From the NCBI GenBank assembly GCA_965223325.1, contig CBDCWI010000001.1, positions 352,001 to 416,000 on the forward strand: a stretch of DNA of 64,000 nucleotides, written 5' to 3'. Source of the stretch: Candidatus Multivoradales bacterium (GTDB lineage: Bacteria; Acidobacteriota; Thermoanaerobaculia; Multivoradales; Multivoraceae). Position 1 is the first letter of the stretch; every line of letters begins with the position of its first letter. The position numbers and the translations under genes were made by a program. This document shows, piece after piece, positions 1-9,702 of this stretch. The notes below the pieces were generated by a model. The model had not been told where the DNA came from, did not search any database, and saw only the letters and a list, made by a program, of their open reading frames with translations.

Positions 1-547
1 CTTGCCGAAGATGGTCATCAACGCTACCGGTGATCAGTTCTTCCTGCCCGACTCATCGCAGTTCTACTGGGACGGGCTGGTGGGCCCCAAACTTCTACGC
101 TACGTACCGAACTCGGAACACTCGATGGAAGGCACCGACGTCGCCGAGACCTTCCTCTCGTTCTACCAGTCCATCGTGCTCGGCCGCCCTCTGCCCGCGC
201 TCAGTTGGAAGATCGAAGGCGACCGCCTGATCGTCTCTTCAGAGGGCAAAGAGCGGCCCATCGAGGCTCAGCTCTGGTCGGCGCACAACCCCAAAACGCG
301 CGACTTCCGCGTCGACACCATCCGCCGCACCTGGGAACCCACGAAGATCGAAGCCGCCGCCGACGGTACCTTCGCCGCTGTGCTCGAGGACCCGAAAGAG
401 GGCTACCGCGCTTATCTGATCGAAGTGACCTTCGAAGGCCCCCAGAAGGTGCCGTTCAAGCTCTCGACTGGCGTGACGGTGCGCCCCGAGGTGCTGCCCT
501 TCCCGCCGCGGGAGTTGTCGAGCGAGAGGATGACCAGCGAGGAGTGA
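1..547 (+). CDS. PhoPQ-activated pathogenicity-related (PqaA-like) alpha/beta hydrolase, 5'-truncated by window edge
   Basis: PKMVINATGDQFFLPDSSQFYW...LRYVPNSEH and RDFR motifs typical of the PqaA family C-terminal half; stop TGA 545-547. Confidence 0.75.
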   Translation, partial: LPKMVINATGDQFFLPDSSQFYWDGLVGPKLLRYVPNSEHSMEGTDVAETFLSFYQSIVLGRPLPALSWKIEGDRLIVSSEGKERPIEAQLWSAHNPKTRDFRVDTIRRTWEPTKIEAAADGTFAAVLEDPKEGYRAYLIEVTFEGPQKVPFKLSTGVTVRPEVLPFPPRELSSERMTSEE

Positions 548-562
548 CCCTTCGAGCTTCGA

Positions 563-2041
563 TCACTCGCCGGCGCGGGCCGCCCTCGCTGCCTGGAAAG
601 AGTCCAGGAAAGCATCGTGAAGGGCCTCCGCCGAGCCGCTCTCGAGCTTGAAGTAGAACTCGTTGGGCCGCGGCCCACGGCGCAGGTAGGAGTACCGCCG
701 CGGGCTACGCTCCCGCCGCCCCACCAGGTACATCCACACATCGTCGATGGCGCGCAAGAAGCGCACCCGTGCGCCTTCCGGCGGCGTGGGATGAAAGGGC
801 CGTAGATCGTGCATGGCTTCGAGCGCCAGGACCTTGCGGCGCCGCGTCTCCTCATCGAGAGCGAGCGAGAACACACCGCCATGAACCAACTCGGGTGAGC
901 TGGCAAACCAGGGCGGCGCCGAAGCGACCGCGGTGGCGGGGCCAAGCGGATAAGGCTCTGCCGCGACTGGATGGTTGGTATAGAGCAGAAGAGTTCCAGA
1001 CCAGCCACTCTCGATCACCGCCTCGAGCAGCGCAACGGTCGTGAACTGGTGGTCGGCGTGCGCATCGAGCTGCGGATGCGGCGCCGCGATGACCTCAGGA
1101 GCCGCACGTTCGAGCTCGGCGCGCAACTCGCGCACCAGGCCCGGCCAGCTCGATTCAAACGACCGTGCTTGTACTTCCTGATCGACGTTCCAACCTCGAT
1201 AGTGATCGGGGCGCGGTAGATCGGCGTACGGCGGCGGGACCTTCTCGGGGCGCTCGAGCCAGAGCTGGCGCACGGTGGCGTCGTAGAAGCCGAGGTTGCG
1301 GGCGCGCTCCGCCGGCACCCCACCCACCCGGGGCACCGTGACGCTGTCCCAGGTGCGCACTTCGCCCTTGACGCGGAACTGTTCTCTGTCGTCTTGCCAA
1401 AGCGCCCTGAAGTTGCGGCCGCCGGCATCTCCCGCAGTCACCGTAACGACGGTTGCATCGGTGGTGGCGTAGAAACCGAACGCAGCAATCTCGGCGTCAT
1501 CGGGATGGGGCGCGATGACCAGGGTCGGCGTGCTCCGCTCGAGAGGGACATCGTCAAACAGCAGCAACCGAGAACTGCCCGAGCTCCAGCCAACGCCCCG
1601 GCCTTCGAGCTCGATGCGCTTGGGCGCTTCACCAGGAGCATCGAACAACGCGGTGAGGTTCAAGTAGCGGCGGCCACTCGACCCGCTGGCCAGGTGTTGG
1701 CGGCCGTTCTCCTGGCCAGCCCGCCACAAGATCGCCGGATCGAGATCGGGCACAAGGCCGCGTGGACGAACGTCGAGCTCGAGCAGCGCGGTGCCGGCAA
1801 AGTTGCCCAGGGCGGCCGGCACGTCGACACCCGCGCCGTCGATCGCGACCTCGACCGACGAGAAGCCGCGCGCCTCTCTGAGGCCGATGTCATGCGAGTT
1901 CGCAGGATCGTGGCGGAGGAAAGCGCGCGGCGCCAGCGCCCGCTCACAGAGCATGGCAACGGTCGCAACGACCGCAACCACGATGAAGACCTGACCCATT
2001 GTTGGGCACTCTTTCGAAGGGTCATAGCGAGCGGTTCCCAT
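563..2041 (-). CDS. PIG-L/LmbE family de-N-acetylase, DnpA-like, N-terminal membrane anchor
   Basis: APHPDDAE and HxxxDxHxDH metal motifs; RYLNLT, WDSxxVPxxGGVPAER and MHDL segments resemble Pseudomonas DnpA (recalled); start may be 1999. Confidence 0.8.
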   Translation of the reverse strand: MGTARYDPSKECPTMGQVFIVVAVVATVAMLCERALAPRAFLRHDPANSHDIGLREARGFSSVEVAIDGAGVDVPAALGNFAGTALLELDVRPRGLVPDLDPAILWRAGQENGRQHLASGSSGRRYLNLTALFDAPGEAPKRIELEGRGVGWSSGSSRLLLFDDVPLERSTPTLVIAPHPDDAEIAAFGFYATTDATVVTVTAGDAGGRNFRALWQDDREQFRVKGEVRTWDSVTVPRVGGVPAERARNLGFYDATVRQLWLERPEKVPPPYADLPRPDHYRGWNVDQEVQARSFESSWPGLVRELRAELERAAPEVIAAPHPQLDAHADHQFTTVALLEAVIESGWSGTLLLYTNHPVAAEPYPLGPATAVASAPPWFASSPELVHGGVFSLALDEETRRRKVLALEAMHDLRPFHPTPPEGARVRFLRAIDDVWMYLVGRRERSPRRYSYLRRGPRPNEFYFKLESGSAEALHDAFLDSFQAARAARAGE

Positions 2042-2092
2042 CCTCGGCCGTCCGTTCCTCTCGAGTTGTTCGGGCGTTCGGTCGCTCTCACT

Positions 2093-2908
2093 CTAAACCG
2101 TTGCGATGTCGCGCCTCCTGAACCACCAGAACGACAGGCCGAAGAACACGATACCCACCAGCGACAAGACAACAAGGTGGGCGGTTTCGGCACGGCCTGC
2201 CTCAAGAATCGGCTGCGGCTGATACCAGTGAAAGACCGAAAGCGGGTCGAGCGGCTCGGCTCGCGACCACAACCCGGCGATCAGGTGGACGAAGAACGAG
2301 ACCACCAGGAAGCCCAGCGAGCGCGCCACCGCGACGCCCTGCTCCCTGGCCGTCGCCGAGAAGAACGTCACCACACCGCCTACCGCGAAGAAGAGAAGCC
2401 ACAGGTTGAGGAGCACCCAGCGATAGGGAGCGACCGGATCAGGGGGATCGAGTTCGGCGATGCCGAGGCCGACATGCATGCACGTCCAGACGACCAGCGT
2501 CATGGTGGTGAGCACAACGAGCACGTAGAGAACCAGCGCGGCGACCAACTGCCAGCGTGCCACCGGGCAGGCGAGCAGCACATCGATCGTGCCGCGGTCG
2601 ATCTCCCCGGCCAGGGTGCGCGCCGCCACCGCCACCAGGAGAACCGAGAACATCGTCATCACCAGCGGGTGCACGAACAAGGTCACCAGCCACTGATCGA
2701 GCGGCGTCAAGCCAGCCAGGAGGCCCCCGAACATGCTCGAGATCAGCTCCGGCGACAGCCTGGTCATGACCTCGACGTTCATCTCGCCGAAAGTCACGAA
2801 CAGGTAGGAACCCAGCCCAACGAAGAGCGCCGCCAGAGCGTGGCAGAACATGAGCGTGGCCCGCTGTTCGAGCAGGATCTTGCGAAACAGGAGAGCCAGA
2901 ACACGCAC
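2093..2908 (-). CDS. ABC-2 type exporter permease
   Basis: Multiple TM segments, GEIDRGTIDVLLACPVAR motif, C-terminal FRRRDI; abuts the ATPase gene. Confidence 0.85.
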   Translation of the reverse strand: MRVLALLFRKILLEQRATLMFCHALAALFVGLGSYLFVTFGEMNVEVMTRLSPELISSMFGGLLAGLTPLDQWLVTLFVHPLVMTMFSVLLVAVAARTLAGEIDRGTIDVLLACPVARWQLVAALVLYVLVVLTTMTLVVWTCMHVGLGIAELDPPDPVAPYRWVLLNLWLLFFAVGGVVTFFSATAREQGVAVARSLGFLVVSFFVHLIAGLWSRAEPLDPLSVFHWYQPQPILEAGRAETAHLVVLSLVGIVFFGLSFWWFRRRDIATV

Positions 2909-3885
2909 TAGCTCTCGCCTTCTGCGGGCTCGCGATAGTGGTCGAAGAACACTTCTTCGAGGGTCAATGGATCCATGCGCACGTCGAGAGGTGGGCAGTC
3001 ACGAAGCGCAGCCAACATCGGGCCCGCTTCACCGCGAATGCCGAGCGACACCTCATTCGAACCCGAACAGGCGCGGTCCGGTGACACGCGAGGCTCGAAG
3101 CCAGCGGCCACCAGGGCACGCACGCCGGCTTCGGGATCGCCGAAACGCAGCACGACCCGGCGCGATTCGAGACGATCCAGCTCGTCGACTGCGCGCACGT
3201 CGAGAATGCGCCCGTGGCGGATCATGGCAACGCGATCGCACACCTTCTCGACTTCGCTCAGTACATGAGACGAGAAGAAGATCGCCCGCCCTCGCCCCCT
3301 GAATTCGCGCAGGAGCTCGTAGAACGCTTCCTGGACTAGCGGGTCGAGTGCCGAAGAAGGCTCGTCGAGAATCAGAAGGTCCGGATCGTGCATCAAGGCC
3401 AGGGTGATGCCGAGCTTCTGCCGGTTGCCCTTTGAGTAGGTCTTGACCCGCCGTTCGAGATCGAGACCGAGATGCTCGGCGATCCGCGCTGCTCCGGCTC
3501 GGCTCTCGCACGCAGGGCGGCCACCGCCGGCGGCTCGCAGTCGCGCCATCTCGACCACGATCTCGCGGCCAGCCCTCGCTTCCCAGAGGCGCACATCGCC
3601 AGGAAGAAAACCAACCCGACGACGGACGGCAACCGACTCGTGCCAGGCATCCAACCCCAGAACTCGCGCTCGGCCCGCCTCCGGGCGGAGGAGCCCGAGC
3701 AGCAGGCGAATGGTGGTCGTCTTACCGGCTCCGTTCGGGCCGAGGAAACCAAAGACCTCGCCTCGAGCGACCTCGAGATCGACACCATCGACCGCCCGCA
3801 CGACCTGGCTCTCGCCGGCGGGCGCACGACGACGGCGAAAGGTGCGGGTCAGCCCCTCGAGGGCCAGCGCAGGATCATCGGCCAT
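2908..3885 (-). CDS. ABC transporter ATP-binding protein
   Basis: Walker A GPNGAGKTT, signature YSKGNRQK, Walker B LLILDEP, H-loop SSH. Confidence 0.95.
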   Translation of the reverse strand: MADDPALALEGLTRTFRRRRAPAGESQVVRAVDGVDLEVARGEVFGFLGPNGAGKTTTIRLLLGLLRPEAGRARVLGLDAWHESVAVRRRVGFLPGDVRLWEARAGREIVVEMARLRAAGGGRPACESRAGAARIAEHLGLDLERRVKTYSKGNRQKLGITLALMHDPDLLILDEPSSALDPLVQEAFYELLREFRGRGRAIFFSSHVLSEVEKVCDRVAMIRHGRILDVRAVDELDRLESRRVVLRFGDPEAGVRALVAAGFEPRVSPDRACSGSNEVSLGIRGEAGPMLAALRDCPPLDVRMDPLTLEEVFFDHYREPAEGES

Positions 3886-3935
3886 GACCTCTGCAGGCTA
3901 GCTCGAAACGCAGTCCCAGCGCTCGGTGTGAACGC

Positions 3936-4445
3936 CTAGCGGGCCGCCGCGTTGCGCAGCTCTTTGACGAAGTCTTCCGCCTCGAGCAGGCGTGCACCAC
4001 CGTCCGCAGTGCGCTCCATGCGGGTTACGCGCGAAATCGTCTTGGTACGTGAACTGTGCATGAACAGCGAGGGGTAACCCTGCACGCCATACATGTCTTT
4101 GAGCTGTACTTCGGCACGGCCGTTCTCGGCGTTGATACGCACCGCGATGATGTCGTCCATGTAGTCGTCGACCAGTTCCTCGGTCATCATCACGCGATCG
4201 AACTGCTGGCAGTAGCCGCACCAGGTGGCGTAGAAGTAGACGAACATCGGCTTGCCGGTTTTCTTCTGCTCCTCCATCGCTTGACCCATGCCCTCGGCAT
4301 TCTCGTACCAACCCGTCCAGTCGGGCTTGCCGTCACCGGCGGCCGTCGCCTGACTGGCAGACACGAGGACCGCACCGAGCATGAGAAGAGCGCCAAGCAG
4401 TGAAAGGCTGCGGTGGCGGGCGTTGGGTTCTGGATTCTGAGGCAT
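3936..4445 (-). CDS. Exported thioredoxin-family protein
   Basis: FYATWCGYC active site, GYPS cis-Pro, hydrophobic signal peptide; start chosen after AAGGA (4484 is an alternative). Confidence 0.85.
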   Translation of the reverse strand: MPQNPEPNARHRSLSLLGALLMLGAVLVSASQATAAGDGKPDWTGWYENAEGMGQAMEEQKKTGKPMFVYFYATWCGYCQQFDRVMMTEELVDDYMDDIIAVRINAENGRAEVQLKDMYGVQGYPSLFMHSSRTKTISRVTRMERTADGGARLLEAEDFVKELRNAAAR

Positions 4446-4634
4446 GAGAGCGGTGTTCCTTGTGAGGCAGAGACCTTCGGGCAACGGCAGCGTGTGGTTG
4501 CTGGTTCTAGGCCGGTTCGGAGTCGGAGACGGAGGTGAAGAAACTGGGGCTGGTGTTGACCCGCCTCAGGACAAACGTCGGCCGGCGGCCATCTGTTCCC
4601 AGATCAGGCCAACAATCCATGAATTCTAGCAAAA

Positions 4635-6350
4635 CTAGCGAACTTGTCCGTTGTTCTTCGGACGCCCGGCCTTCGATCGCGAGTGGATCTGAGCGCCCGT
4701 CGGCCCGGGAAGCAGGCGGCGCCCATCGGCCAGGCGCCCCTCGGCGGCTTCGATCATCTCTTGCAGACCGAGCCGCCTGGTGGCCGAAACGGCCACCCCA
4801 TCGAGTTGGTGGGCAAGCGCCTGGGCTTCGTTCCAGCCGATGAGATCGGCCTTGTTCAGAACCAGGAGCCGCGGCACATCGCCGAGTCCGAGCCGCTCGA
4901 GCAGTTCGCGCACAGTGTCACGGCGAGCATCCAACCGGTCATCCGAGGCATCGACGACATGCAGCAGGAGATCGGCGTCGGCGAGTTCCTCGAGTGTCGC
5001 CTGGAAGGCCTGCAGAAGATCTTCGGGCAGCTCGGCGATGAACCCGACCGTGTCGGTGATGACCACTTCGCCCTCCCGCGGAAAGCGCAGTCGGCGACTG
5101 GTCGGGTCGAGAGTCATGAAGAGCTTGTCCGCTGCTTCGATGTCGCTGTTGGTCATCGCGTTCAAGAGGGTGCTTTTGCCGGCGTTGGTGTATCCAACGA
5201 TCGACAACACCGGGATCGAGCTCTCCCGGCGACGTCGGCGCCGCAGGTCACGCTGCTTGGAGAGCTTGCCGATCTCCTTCTCGAGCCTTCGGATGCGATC
5301 GTTGATGCGGCGGCGCCCGATCTCGAGCACCGTCTCACCAGGCCCACGACCACCAATGCCGCCCGCCAGTCGTGAAAGGCCGGCGTCTTTCTCGGTCAGC
5401 CGGGGCAGCGAGTAGCGCAGCTGCGCCAGCTCGACCTGCAACTTGCCATCACGGCTGCGAGCGCGCTGTGCGAAGACATCGAGAATCAACTGGGTGCGGT
5501 CGATCGTCTTGAGACCCGTCGCGTCTTCGAAGGCGCGCGCCTGAGCGGGCCTCAAATCGACATCAAAAATCGCCACGGTTGCAGAACGCCGCATGCCTTC
5601 GAGCACGATCTCGGTCAACTTGCCCTTCCCCACCACCGTCTTGGGGTGGAGACGCGAGCGCTTCTGACGCATGGTGCCAGCCACCTCGACATCCGCCGAG
5701 CGCACGAGTTCGAGGGTCTCCGCGAAGTGTTCGTCGTCAGGCTGCACGCCCAACACCAGGGCGCGTTCGCGCTCAACGCCATCTGCCCTTCCGCGAGCCA
5801 GCCTCGCGAGCTCAGCCTCGAGAGCCTGAATGGTGGCGTCGAAATCGAAGTCGAGACGGAAGAGGTCTGGCGCTTCGATGCGATCGAACGGTGGCGCATC
5901 GGCATCGACCTGCCCGTCGCCCAGGTCGACATGCGGCGCGAGATGTGCCAGCTCAACCCGACCAGGCTCGCCCTCCTCAGCCACCTCGATCATTGCCACC
6001 AGGTCAAGGCGCAGAAGCGCCAGGTCGTTTAAATCGTCAGCTGTCAGCGGCTCACCGCGCAGGTGGGTGTGCACCAGCCGCAGGCCACGAAAACGCCCAG
6101 TACCCCCGCGCAGGCGGCCAATGTCAGGAATCTCGAGAGTCGACGCGTCGCCAACGATCACGTCGCGAATGCTGCCCTCGCGAGCAATCAGAACGCCAAC
6201 CTGGCGCCCGATTTCATGCGAGATCGAAACCAGGTGGCGGGCCAACTCAGGCGAGACCAATTCGCCCGGTGCGACTTTGCGTCGGTAGGTGCGTTCGAGC
6301 GCCCGGCGCTCTGAAGCCTTGAGGCCCTGGGTGTTTCCGTGGATGTTCAT
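4635..6350 (-). CDS. hflX: Ribosome-splitting GTPase HflX (long N-terminal form)
   Basis: G1 GYTNAGKS, G2 FMTLDPT, G3 DTVG, G4 NKAD; [15 protein letters not shown] and [11 protein letters not shown]. Confidence 0.95.
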   Translation of the reverse strand: MNIHGNTQGLKASERRALERTYRRKVAPGELVSPELARHLVSISHEIGRQVGVLIAREGSIRDVIVGDASTLEIPDIGRLRGGTGRFRGLRLVHTHLRGEPLTADDLNDLALLRLDLVAMIEVAEEGEPGRVELAHLAPHVDLGDGQVDADAPPFDRIEAPDLFRLDFDFDATIQALEAELARLARGRADGVERERALVLGVQPDDEHFAETLELVRSADVEVAGTMRQKRSRLHPKTVVGKGKLTEIVLEGMRRSATVAIFDVDLRPAQARAFEDATGLKTIDRTQLILDVFAQRARSRDGKLQVELAQLRYSLPRLTEKDAGLSRLAGGIGGRGPGETVLEIGRRRINDRIRRLEKEIGKLSKQRDLRRRRRRESSIPVLSIVGYTNAGKSTLLNAMTNSDIEAADKLFMTLDPTSRRLRFPREGEVVITDTVGFIAELPEDLLQAFQATLEELADADLLLHVVDASDDRLDARRDTVRELLERLGLGDVPRLLVLNKADLIGWNEAQALAHQLDGVAVSATRRLGLQEMIEAAEGRLADGRRLLPGPTGAQIHSRSKAGRPKNNGQVR

Positions 6351-6455
6351 TCGCGACCGGCGATGGTACCAGTGCAGGCCATCCCTGTGTCGCCCGCACA
6401 GTATTATCCTCCTCACCTCTTCTGCCAAAGAAGGCTCGTTCGAGAAAACACGCCG

Positions 6456-7658
6456 ATGACCACTCCTCACCCTGAGCCCTGCCGCGGCCTACTCACCAAA
6501 GGTCTCGAAGAGGAGGTCTACACCGGCACCGCCGACGGCGAGGTGGTCGGCCTGTCGCACGAGATCTCGAAAGCTCTGGTCGGTTTCACCACCGAGCCCG
6601 ACTCCCGCAACGTCGAGTTCACCACCGCGCCGTACCGCGACTACGACCTGCTGCTCGACCGGCTGATGACCAAGCGCTGCCAACTGCGCCGCTGGCTAGA
6701 AGCCCGTGACTACACCCTGGTTCCCGGCAGCACCCTGTCGCTCGCCAAGCCTGGCGACTTCCAGATCTCGGACGAGAACAAGCTCTACTACCGACAGATT
6801 CGCGACACCTACGGCACCGACGTCGTCACCGCCAGCACCCACATCAACGTCGGCCTACCGGACACGGTCGAAGAAGCACACTACGAAACGATGATGCGCG
6901 CCTGGCGCCTGGCCCGAGTGGACGCACCCATATTCCTCGCCCTCACCGCCGCCTCGCCATTCCTGGGCGGCGAGGCCACCGGCTTCCACTCCACCCGCTG
7001 GCACGTTTTTCCACCAACGCCAGAGCACGTCCCCTTCTTCGCCGAGCACCAGCCTTACGTCACCTGGTTCGACGCTCAGCTCGAAGCCGGTACCATGTTC
7101 AACTCGCGCCACCTCTGGGTCGCCGCACGCCCCAACGGCCCGCAGCCCCCACGCGATCTCAACCGCCTGGAACTGCGCATCTGCGAACGCATCTCCGAAC
7201 CACTCCGTATCCAGGCCCTCGTCGCCCTCTTGGAAGCCCGCGTCTGGCAACTAGCCGCCGACCCCGAACTAGACCCCCTCTCCCCCGCCTACTCGAACGG
7301 CAAAACCACCGAAGAGCGCTCGAACGAACTCGTCGAACTCTGCCGACACAACGAAGCCGCCACCGCACGCGACAGCCTGGAAGCAACAGTGTTGGACTGG
7401 CGCACCGGCAAAGACATCAAGATGCGCGACTGGATCGACCGTCACCGCGACGAAGTCTCCCCACACGCCACCGCCCATTGCTTCGCAGACCGACTAGAGC
7501 CTCTCGACGAAATCCTCGAACACGGCAACCACGCCCAACGCTGGCTCGAGTGGCACGCCAACGGAATGTCGGTAAGCAGCATCATGCGCAAAGCCGCCGA
7601 AGAGCAACTAGCCGCCGACTGGAAGTACGACCCCGCCTGCTCCCAGATCGCCCCGTAG
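6456..7658 (+). CDS. gshA: Glutamate--cysteine ligase, cyanobacterial-type GshA
   Basis: LLTKGLEEEVYTG...VGLS...EPDSRNVEF...TASTHINVG...RHLW..RPNG...LNRLELRIC resembles cyanobacterial GshA; gshB, chaC and gor nearby. Confidence 0.8.
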   Translation: MTTPHPEPCRGLLTKGLEEEVYTGTADGEVVGLSHEISKALVGFTTEPDSRNVEFTTAPYRDYDLLLDRLMTKRCQLRRWLEARDYTLVPGSTLSLAKPGDFQISDENKLYYRQIRDTYGTDVVTASTHINVGLPDTVEEAHYETMMRAWRLARVDAPIFLALTAASPFLGGEATGFHSTRWHVFPPTPEHVPFFAEHQPYVTWFDAQLEAGTMFNSRHLWVAARPNGPQPPRDLNRLELRICERISEPLRIQALVALLEARVWQLAADPELDPLSPAYSNGKTTEERSNELVELCRHNEAATARDSLEATVLDWRTGKDIKMRDWIDRHRDEVSPHATAHCFADRLEPLDEILEHGNHAQRWLEWHANGMSVSSIMRKAAEEQLAADWKYDPACSQIAP

Positions 7659-7683
7659 GCACGACCTCACCCGGCGACGCAAC

Positions 7684-8180
7684 GTGCGAAGCACGAGCGT
7701 GAGCCAGCAACCTGAAGAACACCACCAGCGATCGGGGCCAACACGCCGCGGCTCAACGGTTCACGTCATCCGAGAAGCGCGATGTGCGAAGCACGAGCGC
7801 GGCCCCGCCCCCAACAAACGACCGTCAACCCGGAAGGTCCCAAGGGTCGGAACGGGGGGTGTGCGCCAGGGAGCGGCGCAAAAGGCGCACAGCCCCCGAT
7901 CCCACGTCCCCAACCAAAGAGCGCCGCTTGCGATCGGGGCAACACGCCGCGGCTCAACCATTCACGTCATCCGAGAAGCGCGATGTGCGAAGCACGAGCG
8001 CGGCCCCGCCCCCAACAAACGACCGTCAACCCGGAAGGTCCCAAGGGTCGGAACGGGGGGTGTGCGCCAGGGAGCGGTCAGCCGCCAACCAACAGCGCCA
8101 AGCAAACGCGGTGGTCAATGACCAAACCCGAGCACCAAACAGCCACATCCATGAAGCGGCGCGGAAGGCGCACAGCCCCC
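7684..8180. repeat. Intergenic direct repeat (about 149 bp x2, period 201 bp) with hairpins, REP/MITE-like
   Basis: 7728-7876 nearly identical to 7930-8077; GTGCGAAGCAC at 7684, 7784 and 7985; inverted arms 7854-7867/7884-7897 and 8055-8068/8167-8180. Confidence 0.9.
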
Positions 8181-8257
8181 GTTTCGACCCGACGCCGTCC
8201 CCATCCCTACCGACCAATCAACCAATCAACCAACCAAGAAAACGCAGCCCAAGAAAG

Positions 8258-9031
8258 TCAACGCCCAGAAAACCGAGGCTCCCGCTTCTCCTGAAAAGCC
8301 GCAATAGCCTCAGCAGTATCAGAAGTAGAAAAGTTGACGGTCTGCGCCATCCCTTCGGATTCGAGCGCCTGATGAAGACTAGAAGTCAACCCATCGTTGA
8401 GCAGCCGCTTCGTCATCTTGAGAGCCAGCGGCGGCCCTGCTGCAAGCCGCTGGGCCCACTCATCAACGAAACCATCGAGCGCATCGGTAGGAACCACCCG
8501 GTTGACGATACCCAACCGCTCCGCCTCGACCGCGTCGATAATCTCACCGAACAGAGCCAGCTCCTTCGCCTTGTGAATACCCACGAGGCGCGGCAACAAC
8601 CACGACCCACCAAAGTCGATCGACAGCCCTCGACGCGCGAAAATCTCCGAAAAACGCGCACGCTCCGAAGCAACGATCAAATCGCAGCCAAGCGCCATGT
8701 TGAGGCCGGCGCCTACCGCCACACCATCGACCTTGGCGATCGTGGGAATCGCCACCTGGTGGAGCGCCATCGCGACCTGCGTAATATCGTGCATGCGATC
8801 GAGCTGGTGCTTGGAGACCTTGCGACCTTCGGGGCTGAGATCGGCGCCGGCGCAGAACTCACCACCCGCGCCGGTGATCACGGCAACGCGATCGCTCGGG
8901 TCGTTGCCGAGAGTGCTCCACACGTCCAGAAGCTCGTTCCACATCACACCATTGACGGCGTTCTTGCGCTCTGGACGGTTCATCGTGATGGTGACGACAC
9001 CATCGTTCCGGTCGACGATCAGGGTTTCCAC
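8258..9031 (-). CDS. Enoyl-CoA hydratase/isomerase (crotonase family, PaaG-like)
   Basis: NRPERKNA, FCAGADL, GVAVGAG, GLSIDFGG (Asp-type), EKREPRFSGR. Confidence 0.9.
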   Translation of the reverse strand: METLIVDRNDGVVTITMNRPERKNAVNGVMWNELLDVWSTLGNDPSDRVAVITGAGGEFCAGADLSPEGRKVSKHQLDRMHDITQVAMALHQVAIPTIAKVDGVAVGAGLNMALGCDLIVASERARFSEIFARRGLSIDFGGSWLLPRLVGIHKAKELALFGEIIDAVEAERLGIVNRVVPTDALDGFVDEWAQRLAAGPPLALKMTKRLLNDGLTSSLHQALESEGMAQTVNFSTSDTAEAIAAFQEKREPRFSGR

Positions 9032-9091
9032 TAGCCTCGCTCCTCTGGTGGGTGAGTTGGGCCGCCAAGCTAACAGATGGATCCCGAGCGC

Positions 9092-9643
9092 CTACGGGGC
9101 CTGCTCGACCGACCGGGCACGCTCCACAGCACGAACCAGCTCGCGGAGCTCGGGCTCCGGTTCGCCGATGGCCCGGAGCGCATGGTAGAGCTCGACGACG
9201 TAGGCGACGTTGTTGCCGCTCGGACCATGGGCGCTTTGGATCTGTGTCGCCATCTCTTCATAAGAAGTCGGGCCGAGCCAGTTCCTATTCTCCGGCGTGG
9301 CAACCCAGGTGATCGCCTCGACCTCCTGCGGGGCGCCCGCGCCCAGGAGATGCAACCTCACGTCCAGACGGCGGTAGCCTCCCTTCTCACGATGATCGAG
9401 CGCCGCCAGGGTCCGCGCGGCGTTCAGACCGAGCCGGTACGCCACACCGAGGTTCGACGCCCCCGGATCTTCGATCAACGTCACAACCCTCCCCGGAGCA
9501 CCCGGTACCCCGCGATGGTCGGTCGATCCCTGCCAGAAGCGTCGCGCCCAGCCGTCCAGCCTTGCCGGGTGTCGTTCTTCGAAGTCGAAGTCCGGTCGCC
9601 AGACCAGGGAACCGTAGCCGTAGACCCACACGTTCATTTCCAA
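9092..9643 (-). CDS. chaC: Glutathione-specific gamma-glutamylcyclotransferase ChaC
   Basis: WVYGYGSLVWRP, RRFWQGSTDHRGVPGAPGRVVTL, LDHREKGGY, GPSGNN. Confidence 0.9.
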   Translation of the reverse strand: MEMNVWVYGYGSLVWRPDFDFEERHPARLDGWARRFWQGSTDHRGVPGAPGRVVTLIEDPGASNLGVAYRLGLNAARTLAALDHREKGGYRRLDVRLHLLGAGAPQEVEAITWVATPENRNWLGPTSYEEMATQIQSAHGPSGNNVAYVVELYHALRAIGEPEPELRELVRAVERARSVEQAP

Positions 9644-9702
9644 ATCCTAGGAGTGAACCGAAGAAACATCCAGGCGTCCACGCCCGCTATCATCCCCTCG
9701 CC

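Noticed and set aside
1394-2911. 505-aa + strand ORF, and similar long ORFs at 7784-9034, 9634-10653, 13135-14661, 55243-56595 and 61512-62771
   Set aside because: Antisense shadows of well-supported genes in high-GC DNA; no recognisable motifs.
7728-8077. CRISPR array or DGR template/variable repeat pair
   Set aside because: Only two units of about 149 bp; no cas or reverse transcriptase gene; differences are not adenine-specific; the region is non-coding.
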